Shown: positions 8,902-16,209 of the stretch, piece by piece
Layout of the letters: every line of letters begins with the position of its first letter
Numbering within the stretch: position 1 is the stretch's first letter
Assembly (NCBI GenBank): GCA_039715015.1
Contig: JBDLIE010000043.1
Coordinates: forward strand, 1-21,917
DNA from: Thermodesulfobacteriota bacterium
GTDB lineage: Bacteria > Desulfobacterota > Desulfobulbia > Desulfobulbales > SURF-16
Length of the DNA stretch: 21,917 bases
Direction of reading: 5' to 3'
The notes under the pieces: model-generated
What the model saw: the letters and a program-made list of their open reading frames with translations, nothing else
Databases searched by the model: none
What the model was told of the DNA's origin: nothing
Position numbers and translations under genes: made by a program

Positions 8902-8981
8902 TGTAGGAGCCCACCCCTGTGGGCGATTGTTTGTCTGAGGCACAATGCCGATTTTATCGCCCACAGGGGTGGGCTCCTACA
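8902..8981. repeat. GTAG-type REP doublet (REPIN-like inverted pair)
   Basis: Perfect 26-bp inverted repeat TGTAGGAGCCCACCCCTGTGGGCGAT at 8902-8927 and 8956-8981 with a 28-bp spacer. Each arm has a GTAG end and an internal palindrome GCCCAC-CCCT-GTGGGC. Confidence 0.88.
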
Positions 8982-9157
8982 ACAAAAACATGGCCAAGGT
9001 TTTTTCGGCAGCCAGAAATAAAAACATCCCTAGGACGTTATTTGTCCAACCGCCTGTGTCATCATGCTTCCAGAAGCAAAACAGCCGAGAAGGTCATAAC
9101 AATCAGTATGCTTCACTTTTGGTTAACGGAGGTTGGGAAAAAATATGGATTTAGCCC

Positions 9158-9185
9158 TTGTTGTTTCCCCTCCATCGCTTACAAT
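9158..9185 (+). promoter_or_regulatory. Possible recA promoter
   Basis: TTGTTG-N16-TACAAT about 80 nt upstream of recA. The -10 is good and the -35 is weak. Confidence 0.35.
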
Positions 9186-9267
9186 GAAGCCCTGATGATT
9201 TCTAAAACTGGTGGGCTTTTTTTATGAATAAGTCCGGGACCATTTACCCTTAAGGAGAGCGTATTCC

Positions 9268-10305
9268 ATGGCCGCCCCTGATCGTTCAAAAACGTTAGAT
9301 TCAGCTATTTTTCAGATTCAGAAACAGTTCGGTAAGGGCTCCATCATGCGGATGGGGAGCCAGGCCTCTGAGCAGATTCCGGTAATCCCCACCGGTATTC
9401 TCGGTATTGATATTGTCACCGGTGTTGGCGGTATTCCCCGGGGCCGCATTGTTGAGATTTACGGCCCTGAATCATCCGGTAAAACCACCCTGGCCCTCCA
9501 TGTCGTGGCCGAGGCCCAGAAGTTAGGGGGCACTGCCGCCTTTATCGATGCCGAGCATGCCCTGGATGTCTATTATGCCGAGCGCCTGGGGGTTAATGTT
9601 GATGACTTGCTGGTCTCTCAGCCCGATTATGGCGAGCAGGCCCTGGAGATCGCCGAAATTCTCATCCGTTCCAGTGCGGTGGATGTTATTGTCGTTGACT
9701 CGGTTGCCGCCTTGACCCCTAAGGCCGAGATTGAAGGTAATATCGGCGACAGCCATGTAGGTCTCCAGGCCCGGATGATGAGCCAGACCATGCGTAAGCT
9801 CACCAGTATCCTGAAACAGACCAATACCACCATTATTTTTATCAACCAGATCAGGATGAAGATCGGTGTGATGTTCGGTAACCCTGAAACCACCACCGGC
9901 GGTAATGCCCTGAAGTTTTATGCCTCCATGCGCATGGACATCAGGCGGATGACCCAGATCAAGGACGGTCAGGAGGTTATTGGTAACCGGACCAAGGTCA
10001 AGATGGTAAAAAACAAGGTGGCGCCTCCCTTTAAGGTGGCTGAGTTTGATATCGTTTACGGCGAAGGAATCTCCAGGGTCGGCGATCTTCTTGATCTGGC
10101 CGTGGAGCAGGACATCGTTGAGAAAAGCGGGGCCTGGTACTCCTATAATGGCGAGCGCGTTGGTCAGGGCCGCGAAAATGCCAAGGCCTTTCTCAAGGAC
10201 CACGATGATCTGGTTCTGGAGATTGAGAATAAGGTGCGCATGGGCTATGGCCTGCCTGTCCGCGCTGAGACTGCAGCACCAGCAGAGGTGGCCGAGGTGG
10301 AGTAG
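9268..10305 (+). CDS. recA: Recombinase RecA
   Basis: GPESSGKTT Walker [64 protein letters not shown]. Normal length, no intein. Confidence 0.99.
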   Translation: MAAPDRSKTLDSAIFQIQKQFGKGSIMRMGSQASEQIPVIPTGILGIDIVTGVGGIPRGRIVEIYGPESSGKTTLALHVVAEAQKLGGTAAFIDAEHALDVYYAERLGVNVDDLLVSQPDYGEQALEIAEILIRSSAVDVIVVDSVAALTPKAEIEGNIGDSHVGLQARMMSQTMRKLTSILKQTNTTIIFINQIRMKIGVMFGNPETTTGGNALKFYASMRMDIRRMTQIKDGQEVIGNRTKVKMVKNKVAPPFKVAEFDIVYGEGISRVGDLLDLAVEQDIVEKSGAWYSYNGERVGQGRENAKAFLKDHDDLVLEIENKVRMGYGLPVRAETAAPAEVAEVE

Positions 10306-10341
10306 AAATCCATCCTTAGGTGCCGTTCCTGTTCAATACCT

Positions 10342-10405
10342 GCCGCAGGGGCAAAAGAAAAATCCCAGTTTGATTGATTTTTCTTTTGCCCCTGCGGCTT
10401 TTTTT
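10342..10405 (+). terminator. Intrinsic terminator after recA with a very long stem
   Basis: Perfect 23-bp inverted repeat GCCGCAGGGGCAAAAGAAAAATC at 10342-10364 and 10376-10398, 11-nt loop, then T7. Confidence 0.8.
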
Positions 10406-10472
10406 ATTTAAGTATGTGACCATTCGTTTAACTTGAGGCTTTTGGTGTAATTATTCGGCAGGACTCCACCTG

Positions 10473-10554
10473 CCCCTCACCCCAGCCCTCTCCCCAGAGG
10501 GGCGAGGGCGCAGAATGTCCCCTCTCCATGCGTGGGCGGGCCAGGGTGAGTGGG
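10473..10554. repeat. CCCTCTCCC-type extragenic palindromic repeat, one intact and one degenerate inverted unit
   Basis: CCCCTCACCCCAGCCCTCTCCCCAGAGGGGCGAGGG (10473-10508) is followed by a decayed inverse CCCCTCTCCATGCGTGGGCGGGCCAGGGTGAGTGGG (10519-10554). It is a GC-rich island in an AT-rich spacer. Confidence 0.65.
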
Positions 10555-10616
10555 AATACTCTGTGGCTGGTGTCGAATAGTCATTATTATATACAATTTT
10601 ATCCTGTGTAACTCCC

Positions 10617-13262
10617 ATGACTGGAAACGATATCCGACAGAAATTTCTCGATTATTTTAAAGATAAGGGTCACGCCGTGGTGGACTCCTCCTCCTTGGTG
10701 CCGGAAGATGATCCCACCCTGCTCTTTACCAACGCCGGTATGGTCCAGTTCAAGCGCCTCTTTACCGGCGAGGAAAAACGTGAATACAGCCGGGCCACAA
10801 CCAGTCAGCGCTGCGTCAGGGCCGGCGGTAAGCATAACGATCTTGATAATGTCGGTTATACGGCCCGTCACCACACCTTCTTTGAGATGCTGGGTAATTT
10901 TTCCTTTGGCGATTATTTCAAGAAAGACGCCATTAGTTATGCCTGGGAGTTCCTGATCAAGGAGATCGGTCTTGATCCTGAGAAGATGTGGATCTCTGTT
11001 TTTGAGGACGATGACGAGGCCTACGCCATGTGGGAGGAGATCGACGATCTGCCCAAGGGCCGCATCGTCCGTCTGGGGGAGAAGGACAATTTCTGGGCCA
11101 TGGGCGACACCGGCCCCTGCGGACCCTGTTCTGAGATCCATTACGACCAGGGGGCTGAGCAGGGCTGTGATGATCCTCACTGCGCCGTGGGCTGTGACTG
11201 TGACCGCTGGCTGGAGGTGTGGAACCTGGTCTTTATGCAGTTTGAACGTTATGAGGATGGCCGCATGGAGCCCCTGCCCAAGCCCTCCATTGATACCGGC
11301 ATGGGCCTCGAGCGAATAGCCTCTGTGGTCCAGAGCGTCAAAACCAATTACGATACCGATCTTTTTCTGCCCCTGATCGGTAAGATCGCTGATGTGGCTG
11401 GCACCAGCTACGGCAAGGATGGCGCCACTGATACAGCATTGAAGGTTATTGCCGATCATGCCCGGGCCGCCACCTTCCTCGTTTCCGACGGCGTGCTGCC
11501 CTCCAACGAGGGGCAGGGCTATGTGCTCAGGCGCATCATGCGTCGCGCCATCCGCTATGGCCGGACCCTGGGGATGACCAAACCCTTCATGACCTCTATC
11601 TGTGCCAAGGTGGTGGAGGATATGGGCCATGCCTATCCCCACCTGAGTAGCGCAGCCAAGCTGCTCGCCAAGGTGGTGGAGAATGAGGAGGTTCGTTTTC
11701 TGGAGACCCTGGATCATGGTCTGGCCATGCTGGAGGAGAAGATGCGCCACCTCAAGCAAGAGGGGGCAGACAGGGTGGATGGCGGCTTCATTTTCAAGCT
11801 TTACGACACCTATGGCTTTCCTGTGGATATTGTCCGGGATGTGGCTATTGAGAAGGGGATGGATATCGACGAACAGGGCTTTGAGGCAGCCATGGCTGGC
11901 CAACGGGCCCAGTCCAAGGCGTCTTGGAAGGGCGCCAGCCTTGAAGAGTTAAGCCTGGGTGTTCGTGATCTCCTGGAAAAGGCCAAGGCCACCGAGTTCA
12001 GTGGCTATGAGAATGTGGAGGGCGAGAGCTCCCTGCAGGCCATTATCGGCCCGGACGGTGAATTGGTGGATAGGGCAGGTTGCGGTGAGGAGGTTGCCTT
12101 TGTCTGTGCCGGTACTCCCTTTTATGCCGAGTCTGGTGGCCAGTGTGGCGACCAGGGCGTGCTGGCAGGCAGCAGTGGCGAGGCCATGATCATTGATACA
12201 GTAAAAATCGGCTCCGGCATCTTCCTCCATAAGGGCACAATGACCACCGGCGAGATCAGTAAGGGTGAAACTATAACCCTCACCGTGGATAGCCAGCGGC
12301 GACGGGCCATCTGTGCCAACCATACCGCCACCCATCTTCTCCAGGCTGCTTTGGTGCAGGTTTTGGGTGATCACGTTAAGCAGTCCGGTTCTTTGGTAAC
12401 GGCCGATCGTCTCCGCTTTGACTTCACCAATTTCAGCCCCATGAGCGCCGACGAGATTAGCCAGGTGGAGGCCATTGTCAATGAGCAGATTCGCCTGAAC
12501 ACCGCCATGACCACCGAGCATCTCAGTAAGGATGAGGCTATTGAGGCCGGGGCCACCGCTCTCTTTGGCGAAAAATATGGTGAAAAGGTCCGGGTGGTCT
12601 CAGTGGCTGACTATTCAAAGGAGCTCTGCGGCGGCACCCATGTTCGGGCCACCGGCGAGATCGGCTTGGTGAAAATTGTCACGGAGACTGGTATTGCTGC
12701 CGGTGTTCGCCGTATCGAGGCGATCAGCGGCAAAACTGCCCTGGCCCAGTTTCAGAGCGATGAAAAGGTGCTGGCCCAGGTGGCTGAGATCTTGAAGAGT
12801 CAGCCTGAAGAGCTCACAGATAAGCTTGATAAGCTGCTGGCCCGCCAGAAGGAGCTGGAGAAGGAAATAAGCCAGCTCAATGCCAAGCTCTCTCTCTCCT
12901 CACTTGATTCGATCCTGGAGAGGAGTATCGAGGTGGCCGGAGTCAAGGTCATCACCGCCACCATCACCTTGGACTCCCCCAAGACCATGCGAGAAATTGG
13001 CGATAAAATCCGTGACAAGATGGGGTCTGCCATTGCCGTTCTCGGTGGAGAGCTAAACGGCAAGGTGTCGCTCCTTGCCATTGTCAGCAAGGACCTGACT
13101 AAGCAATTCCAGGCCGGTGCCATTGTTAAAGAGGTGGCAGCCATTGTCGGCGGTGGCGGTGGCGGCCGGCCCGATATGGCCCAGGCCGGCGGCACCATGG
13201 TGGATAAATTGCCTGAGGCCCTTGGCGCTGTGTCAGCCATTGTCGGCAAAATGGCCGGCTGA
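10617..13262 (+). CDS. alaS: Alanine--tRNA ligase
   Basis: DPTLLFTNAGMVQFK, RHHTFFEMLGNFSFGDYFK, GPCGPCSEI, IDTGMGLER. Editing motifs HTATH and ELCGGTH. C-terminal GGGGGRPDMAQAGG. 881 aa. Confidence 0.99.
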   Translation: MTGNDIRQKFLDYFKDKGHAVVDSSSLVPEDDPTLLFTNAGMVQFKRLFTGEEKREYSRATTSQRCVRAGGKHNDLDNVGYTARHHTFFEMLGNFSFGDYFKKDAISYAWEFLIKEIGLDPEKMWISVFEDDDEAYAMWEEIDDLPKGRIVRLGEKDNFWAMGDTGPCGPCSEIHYDQGAEQGCDDPHCAVGCDCDRWLEVWNLVFMQFERYEDGRMEPLPKPSIDTGMGLERIASVVQSVKTNYDTDLFLPLIGKIADVAGTSYGKDGATDTALKVIADHARAATFLVSDGVLPSNEGQGYVLRRIMRRAIRYGRTLGMTKPFMTSICAKVVEDMGHAYPHLSSAAKLLAKVVENEEVRFLETLDHGLAMLEEKMRHLKQEGADRVDGGFIFKLYDTYGFPVDIVRDVAIEKGMDIDEQGFEAAMAGQRAQSKASWKGASLEELSLGVRDLLEKAKATEFSGYENVEGESSLQAIIGPDGELVDRAGCGEEVAFVCAGTPFYAESGGQCGDQGVLAGSSGEAMIIDTVKIGSGIFLHKGTMTTGEISKGETITLTVDSQRRRAICANHTATHLLQAALVQVLGDHVKQSGSLVTADRLRFDFTNFSPMSADEISQVEAIVNEQIRLNTAMTTEHLSKDEAIEAGATALFGEKYGEKVRVVSVADYSKELCGGTHVRATGEIGLVKIVTETGIAAGVRRIEAISGKTALAQFQSDEKVLAQVAEILKSQPEELTDKLDKLLARQKELEKEISQLNAKLSLSSLDSILERSIEVAGVKVITATITLDSPKTMREIGDKIRDKMGSAIAVLGGELNGKVSLLAIVSKDLTKQFQAGAIVKEVAAIVGGGGGGRPDMAQAGGTMVDKLPEALGAVSAIVGKMAG

Positions 13263-13286
13263 TTTGCTTGTTTACTCCGGCTTGAT

Positions 13287-13329
13287 AAATAAGGCGCTTG
13301 GGGGGATCTCCTCAGCGTCTTTTTTATTT
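13287..13329 (+). terminator. Probable intrinsic terminator after alaS
   Basis: AGGCGCT-TGGGGGG-ATC-TCCTC-AGCGTCT forms an imperfect hairpin with G-U pairs, followed by a T run. Confidence 0.6.
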
Positions 13330-13408
13330 GCCTCTTGCAATGGTCGCATCCAGTCCTGATAATATTTTGTAAGAATGCATCGTCGAAAAATAAAACGGAG
13401 GCTTTTTT

Positions 13409-13651
13409 ATGGAAAGAACATTGGTGACGGAAAACGAGTTGTTGGCCTATTTGAATAAGGAACTTGAGAAGGCGGGCCATCATGAGCAATGTTGTTTTGA
13501 TTATATCATCAGGCTAAAAATTGATGATAGGACCGGATGCAACTGGGCCTATGCCGATATGAAATGCAGTGGCTCTCAAGAAAACGCCTGCCCGCCCTAT
13601 GCCGAGAAGATTGTAGCAGGGGCCAGGGCGCAATTTAATTTAAAGAAGTAA
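13409..13651 (+). CDS. Small Cys-rich hypothetical protein (80 aa, GCNW motif)
   Basis: GGAGG SD 7 nt before the ATG. Sits alone in the intergenic space. Protein-like composition with an amphipathic N-terminal helix and 5 Cys. Confidence 0.75.
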   Translation: MERTLVTENELLAYLNKELEKAGHHEQCCFDYIIRLKIDDRTGCNWAYADMKCSGSQENACPPYAEKIVAGARAQFNLKK

Positions 13652-13897
13652 CTGAGGTGGAATTTGCTCTTATCACCATCTGGTAATCTCCCGGTTCTGA
13701 TTGGAGAATAACATACTATATTCCGGCGCTTTTTTTTAACAGATAAACATATACTGGTGGCTGGGAATATGTTCGGCAGCAATGTGCAGCCTGTTTACTT
13801 GTTGCCAGGGACAGTTTCCTAAATTAGGTTAAATTAAGGCAAATTATTATCGATTAACTGTTTTTAAGGTCCTTCACCCCCAAAAGGAAACCGCCCC

Positions 13898-15505
13898 TTG
13901 AAAATTGTCTCCATCGCCATGGTGCTGGTAGGTATTGTCCTGCTGGCCTTTTCTCTCAACCCAACAAGAAAGATCTGTCAAAGAAAGCATCAGCTTTATG
14001 CGTCCTGGAAATTTTTGGGAGCGCTGATTATTTTCTTTATTATCGGCTATATCCTCTTTCTTAATATGGTGCTCAATGCACCTGCCTCCAGTCTGGAGGT
14101 CATTGTCGCCAGTATTCTTTTCAGCGGCGCCGTTTTTGTTATTATGGTTGTGCGCCTCAGCCTGGCCTCCATCAGGCTCAGTGAGCATTTTGCCGCCCTG
14201 GAAAGACATCGGGCCTTGCACGATGAACTCACCGAGCTGCCGAACCGGGTCCTTGCTGAGGAGCAGCTCGATCATGGCCTGCAACTCTCCAAACGGCAGC
14301 GCAAGCCCCTGGCCTTTATCCTTATGGACCTTGTTCGCTTTAAGGAGATTAATGATTCCCTGGGCCATTTCTATGGCGATTATCTCCTGCAGGAGGTGGC
14401 CAGCCGGATGCAGGATGTGGTGCGGGAGTCTGACACCCTGGCCCGCTTCGGTGGTGACGAATTCGCCTTGGTGCTTCCCAACACCACCTTGGAACAAGCG
14501 GTGATGATCAGTATGAAAATCGGCGGTGTTCTTGATCATCCCTTCATGATTGAAGGTCATAGCTTGAAGGTGGGGATCAGTATTGGCATTGCTATGTGCC
14601 CCGATCATGGCACCGACAGTGAAACCTTAGTGCAGCGGGCCGATGTCGCCATGTACGAGGCCAAGCGCAATGACGTTATTTATGCGGTCTTCAACCTTGA
14701 ACAGCACCGGACAACTTTTAACCGCTTGGTGCTTATTGGTGAGTTGCGCGACGCGATCACCAATAACAATATGTTTCTCTGCTATCAGCCGAAAATTTCC
14801 ATACGCACCAAGGCCCTGATCGGGGTGGAGGCTCTATGCCGCTGGCAGCATACCGATCGAGGGGTCATCGGTCCTGATGATTTTATCTCCTTGGCCGAAC
14901 AGGCAGGTCTCTGTAAGCCCTTTACCAAGCTGGTTCTTGATAAGGCCTTGGAGCAATGCGCCAAATGGCAGCAAGAGGGATACCATATTCCTGTTTCTGT
15001 GAATCTTTCCATCAAGAACCTCCACGACCTCGAGTTCCCAGGCGATGTCGATGCCCTTCTCCATAAATGGCAGATTAAGCCGGAAATGCTGCTTCTTGAG
15101 ATCACTGAAAGCTGCATTGTCGTGGATCAGGAAAGGGTTACCAAGGTCATTACCGACCTTGGAAAAATGGGACTACATCTTTCCATTGATGATTTCGGCA
15201 CTGGTTACTCGTCCATATCCTATCTGAAGAAGTTCCCGGCCCGCGAGATCAAGATCGACAAGTCCTTTATCATCGACATGCTTGAGAACGAGGACAATGC
15301 CGTGATTGTCAAATCCACCATTGAAATGATTCATAATATCGGCCGGACAGTGGTGGCGGAAGGTGTTGAGGATGAAGAGACCCTGCAGTTTCTTGACGGT
15401 TTGGGCTGCGATTTTCTTCAGGGTTTCCACCTCTGCCGTCCTCTGCCGGGCAATGAACTTCAAAAATGGTTAAAAACCACCAATTGGGATATCAAAAAAC
15501 AATAA
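13898..15505 (+). CDS. Membrane-anchored GGDEF-EAL protein (diguanylate cyclase/phosphodiesterase)
   Basis: Three N-terminal hydrophobic helices. HDELTELPNR, DLVRFKEIND, RESD-x5-GGDEF (I-site and A-site intact). YQPK, EAL, VSVNLS, LEITES, DDFGTGYSS, KIDKSF, AEGVE, QGF. TTG start with AAGGA upstream. Confidence 0.95.
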   Translation: MKIVSIAMVLVGIVLLAFSLNPTRKICQRKHQLYASWKFLGALIIFFIIGYILFLNMVLNAPASSLEVIVASILFSGAVFVIMVVRLSLASIRLSEHFAALERHRALHDELTELPNRVLAEEQLDHGLQLSKRQRKPLAFILMDLVRFKEINDSLGHFYGDYLLQEVASRMQDVVRESDTLARFGGDEFALVLPNTTLEQAVMISMKIGGVLDHPFMIEGHSLKVGISIGIAMCPDHGTDSETLVQRADVAMYEAKRNDVIYAVFNLEQHRTTFNRLVLIGELRDAITNNNMFLCYQPKISIRTKALIGVEALCRWQHTDRGVIGPDDFISLAEQAGLCKPFTKLVLDKALEQCAKWQQEGYHIPVSVNLSIKNLHDLEFPGDVDALLHKWQIKPEMLLLEITESCIVVDQERVTKVITDLGKMGLHLSIDDFGTGYSSISYLKKFPAREIKIDKSFIIDMLENEDNAVIVKSTIEMIHNIGRTVVAEGVEDEETLQFLDGLGCDFLQGFHLCRPLPGNELQKWLKTTNWDIKKQ

Positions 15506-15576
15506 TAATCTCTATTTCCTGCTTTGAACGATAGTTTTCTGATAGAATGGTCGGAGTAAACAGAAATCTGGAGTGA

Positions 15577-16002
15577 ATGGAAATGGACAGACCTCAAATA
15601 CTCATTGTTGACGACAGTAAGGAAGTCCTCACGGCTTTGGCACGGGAGCTCGGGGATGAACCCTATACTATTTTCTATGCGGGAAGTGGTGAAGAGGCCT
15701 TGCGGATAGTTAAGGAAGACGAGATCCAGGTCATCGTTTCTGATGTCAAAATGCCAGGCATGGATGGCTTTGAGTTGCTTGATAGGATCAAGGAACTCTA
15801 TCCTGATATGGTTCGAGTTGTTCTCTCCGGCCATCCCGACGTTAAGCTCATCCTGAAGATGGTCAATGAACGCGGCGTTGATCGCTACCTGACAAAACCT
15901 TGGCATGGTGAGAATGTAAAGGCGACTATTCTGCAATGCCTGGAGCTCTTCGGGTTACGCGCAGAGGTAAAGGAGCTTCGGGATAAATCTAAGAGCGACT
16001 AG
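15577..16002 (+). CDS. Single-domain response regulator (REC plus short C-terminal helix)
   Basis: ILIVDD, SDVKMPGMDG (phosphoacceptor Asp), LSG, TKPW. No output domain. Start could be the second Met at 15583. Confidence 0.92.
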   Translation: MEMDRPQILIVDDSKEVLTALARELGDEPYTIFYAGSGEEALRIVKEDEIQVIVSDVKMPGMDGFELLDRIKELYPDMVRVVLSGHPDVKLILKMVNERGVDRYLTKPWHGENVKATILQCLELFGLRAEVKELRDKSKSD

Positions 16003-16209
16003 ATAAATCAGCAGCTCAGCTTAACCTTTCAGGATTACAAGGGGGAAATGGAAACTGTTGATAATCTCATGTAAGTAGATGGCCATATGGGCTCTGTTGC
16101 TGATACTCTTCAGCCTGGACATATCCTCTACCCCTTCCAGGCCAATCTATGGTATGGTGCTCGGAACAAACCGCTAAGGTTTTTATCAATCTGTTTAGCT
16201 AAAAAGTTT

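Noticed and set aside
8902..8981. REP doublet read as a mini-CRISPR or IS ends
   Set aside because: The repeats are inverted rather than direct, there are only two, and there is no cas or transposase gene in the window.
9121..9138. GGTTAACGGAGGTTGGGA as a Geobacter-type LexA box
   Set aside because: It matches GGTT-N2-C-N4-G but lacks the terminal ACC, so it is only a partial match.
8919..9227. 102-aa and 69-aa ORFs between the DUF2914 gene and recA
   Set aside because: Both start inside the REP doublet and have no SD or recognisable domain. Neither resembles ThpR, RecX or a RAYT.
10406..10616. T-box leader for alaS
   Set aside because: No TGGnACC antiterminator motif or stem I features. 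The GC-rich part is better explained as a repeat element.
10599..12521. 434-aa and 190-aa minus-strand ORFs antisense to alaS, and similar ORFs opposite recA, zwf, mtaB and DUF2339
   Set aside because: Codon-aligned shadow frames of real genes with no independent protein features.
13652..13897. Possible c-di-GMP (GEMM) riboswitch or sigma54 promoter upstream of the GGDEF-EAL gene
   Set aside because: Only an isolated GGCAAA is present. The GNRA-capped P2, GCAAA junction and P3 are missing, and I saw no TGGCAC-N5-TTGC.
16087..16209. 41-aa N-terminal extension of the diguanylate cyclase given in the ORF track
   Set aside because: No SD at 16087 and the sequence looks intergenic, with a TGGTATGGT extended -10-like motif at 16150-16158. 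ATG 16210 is preferred, though not proven.
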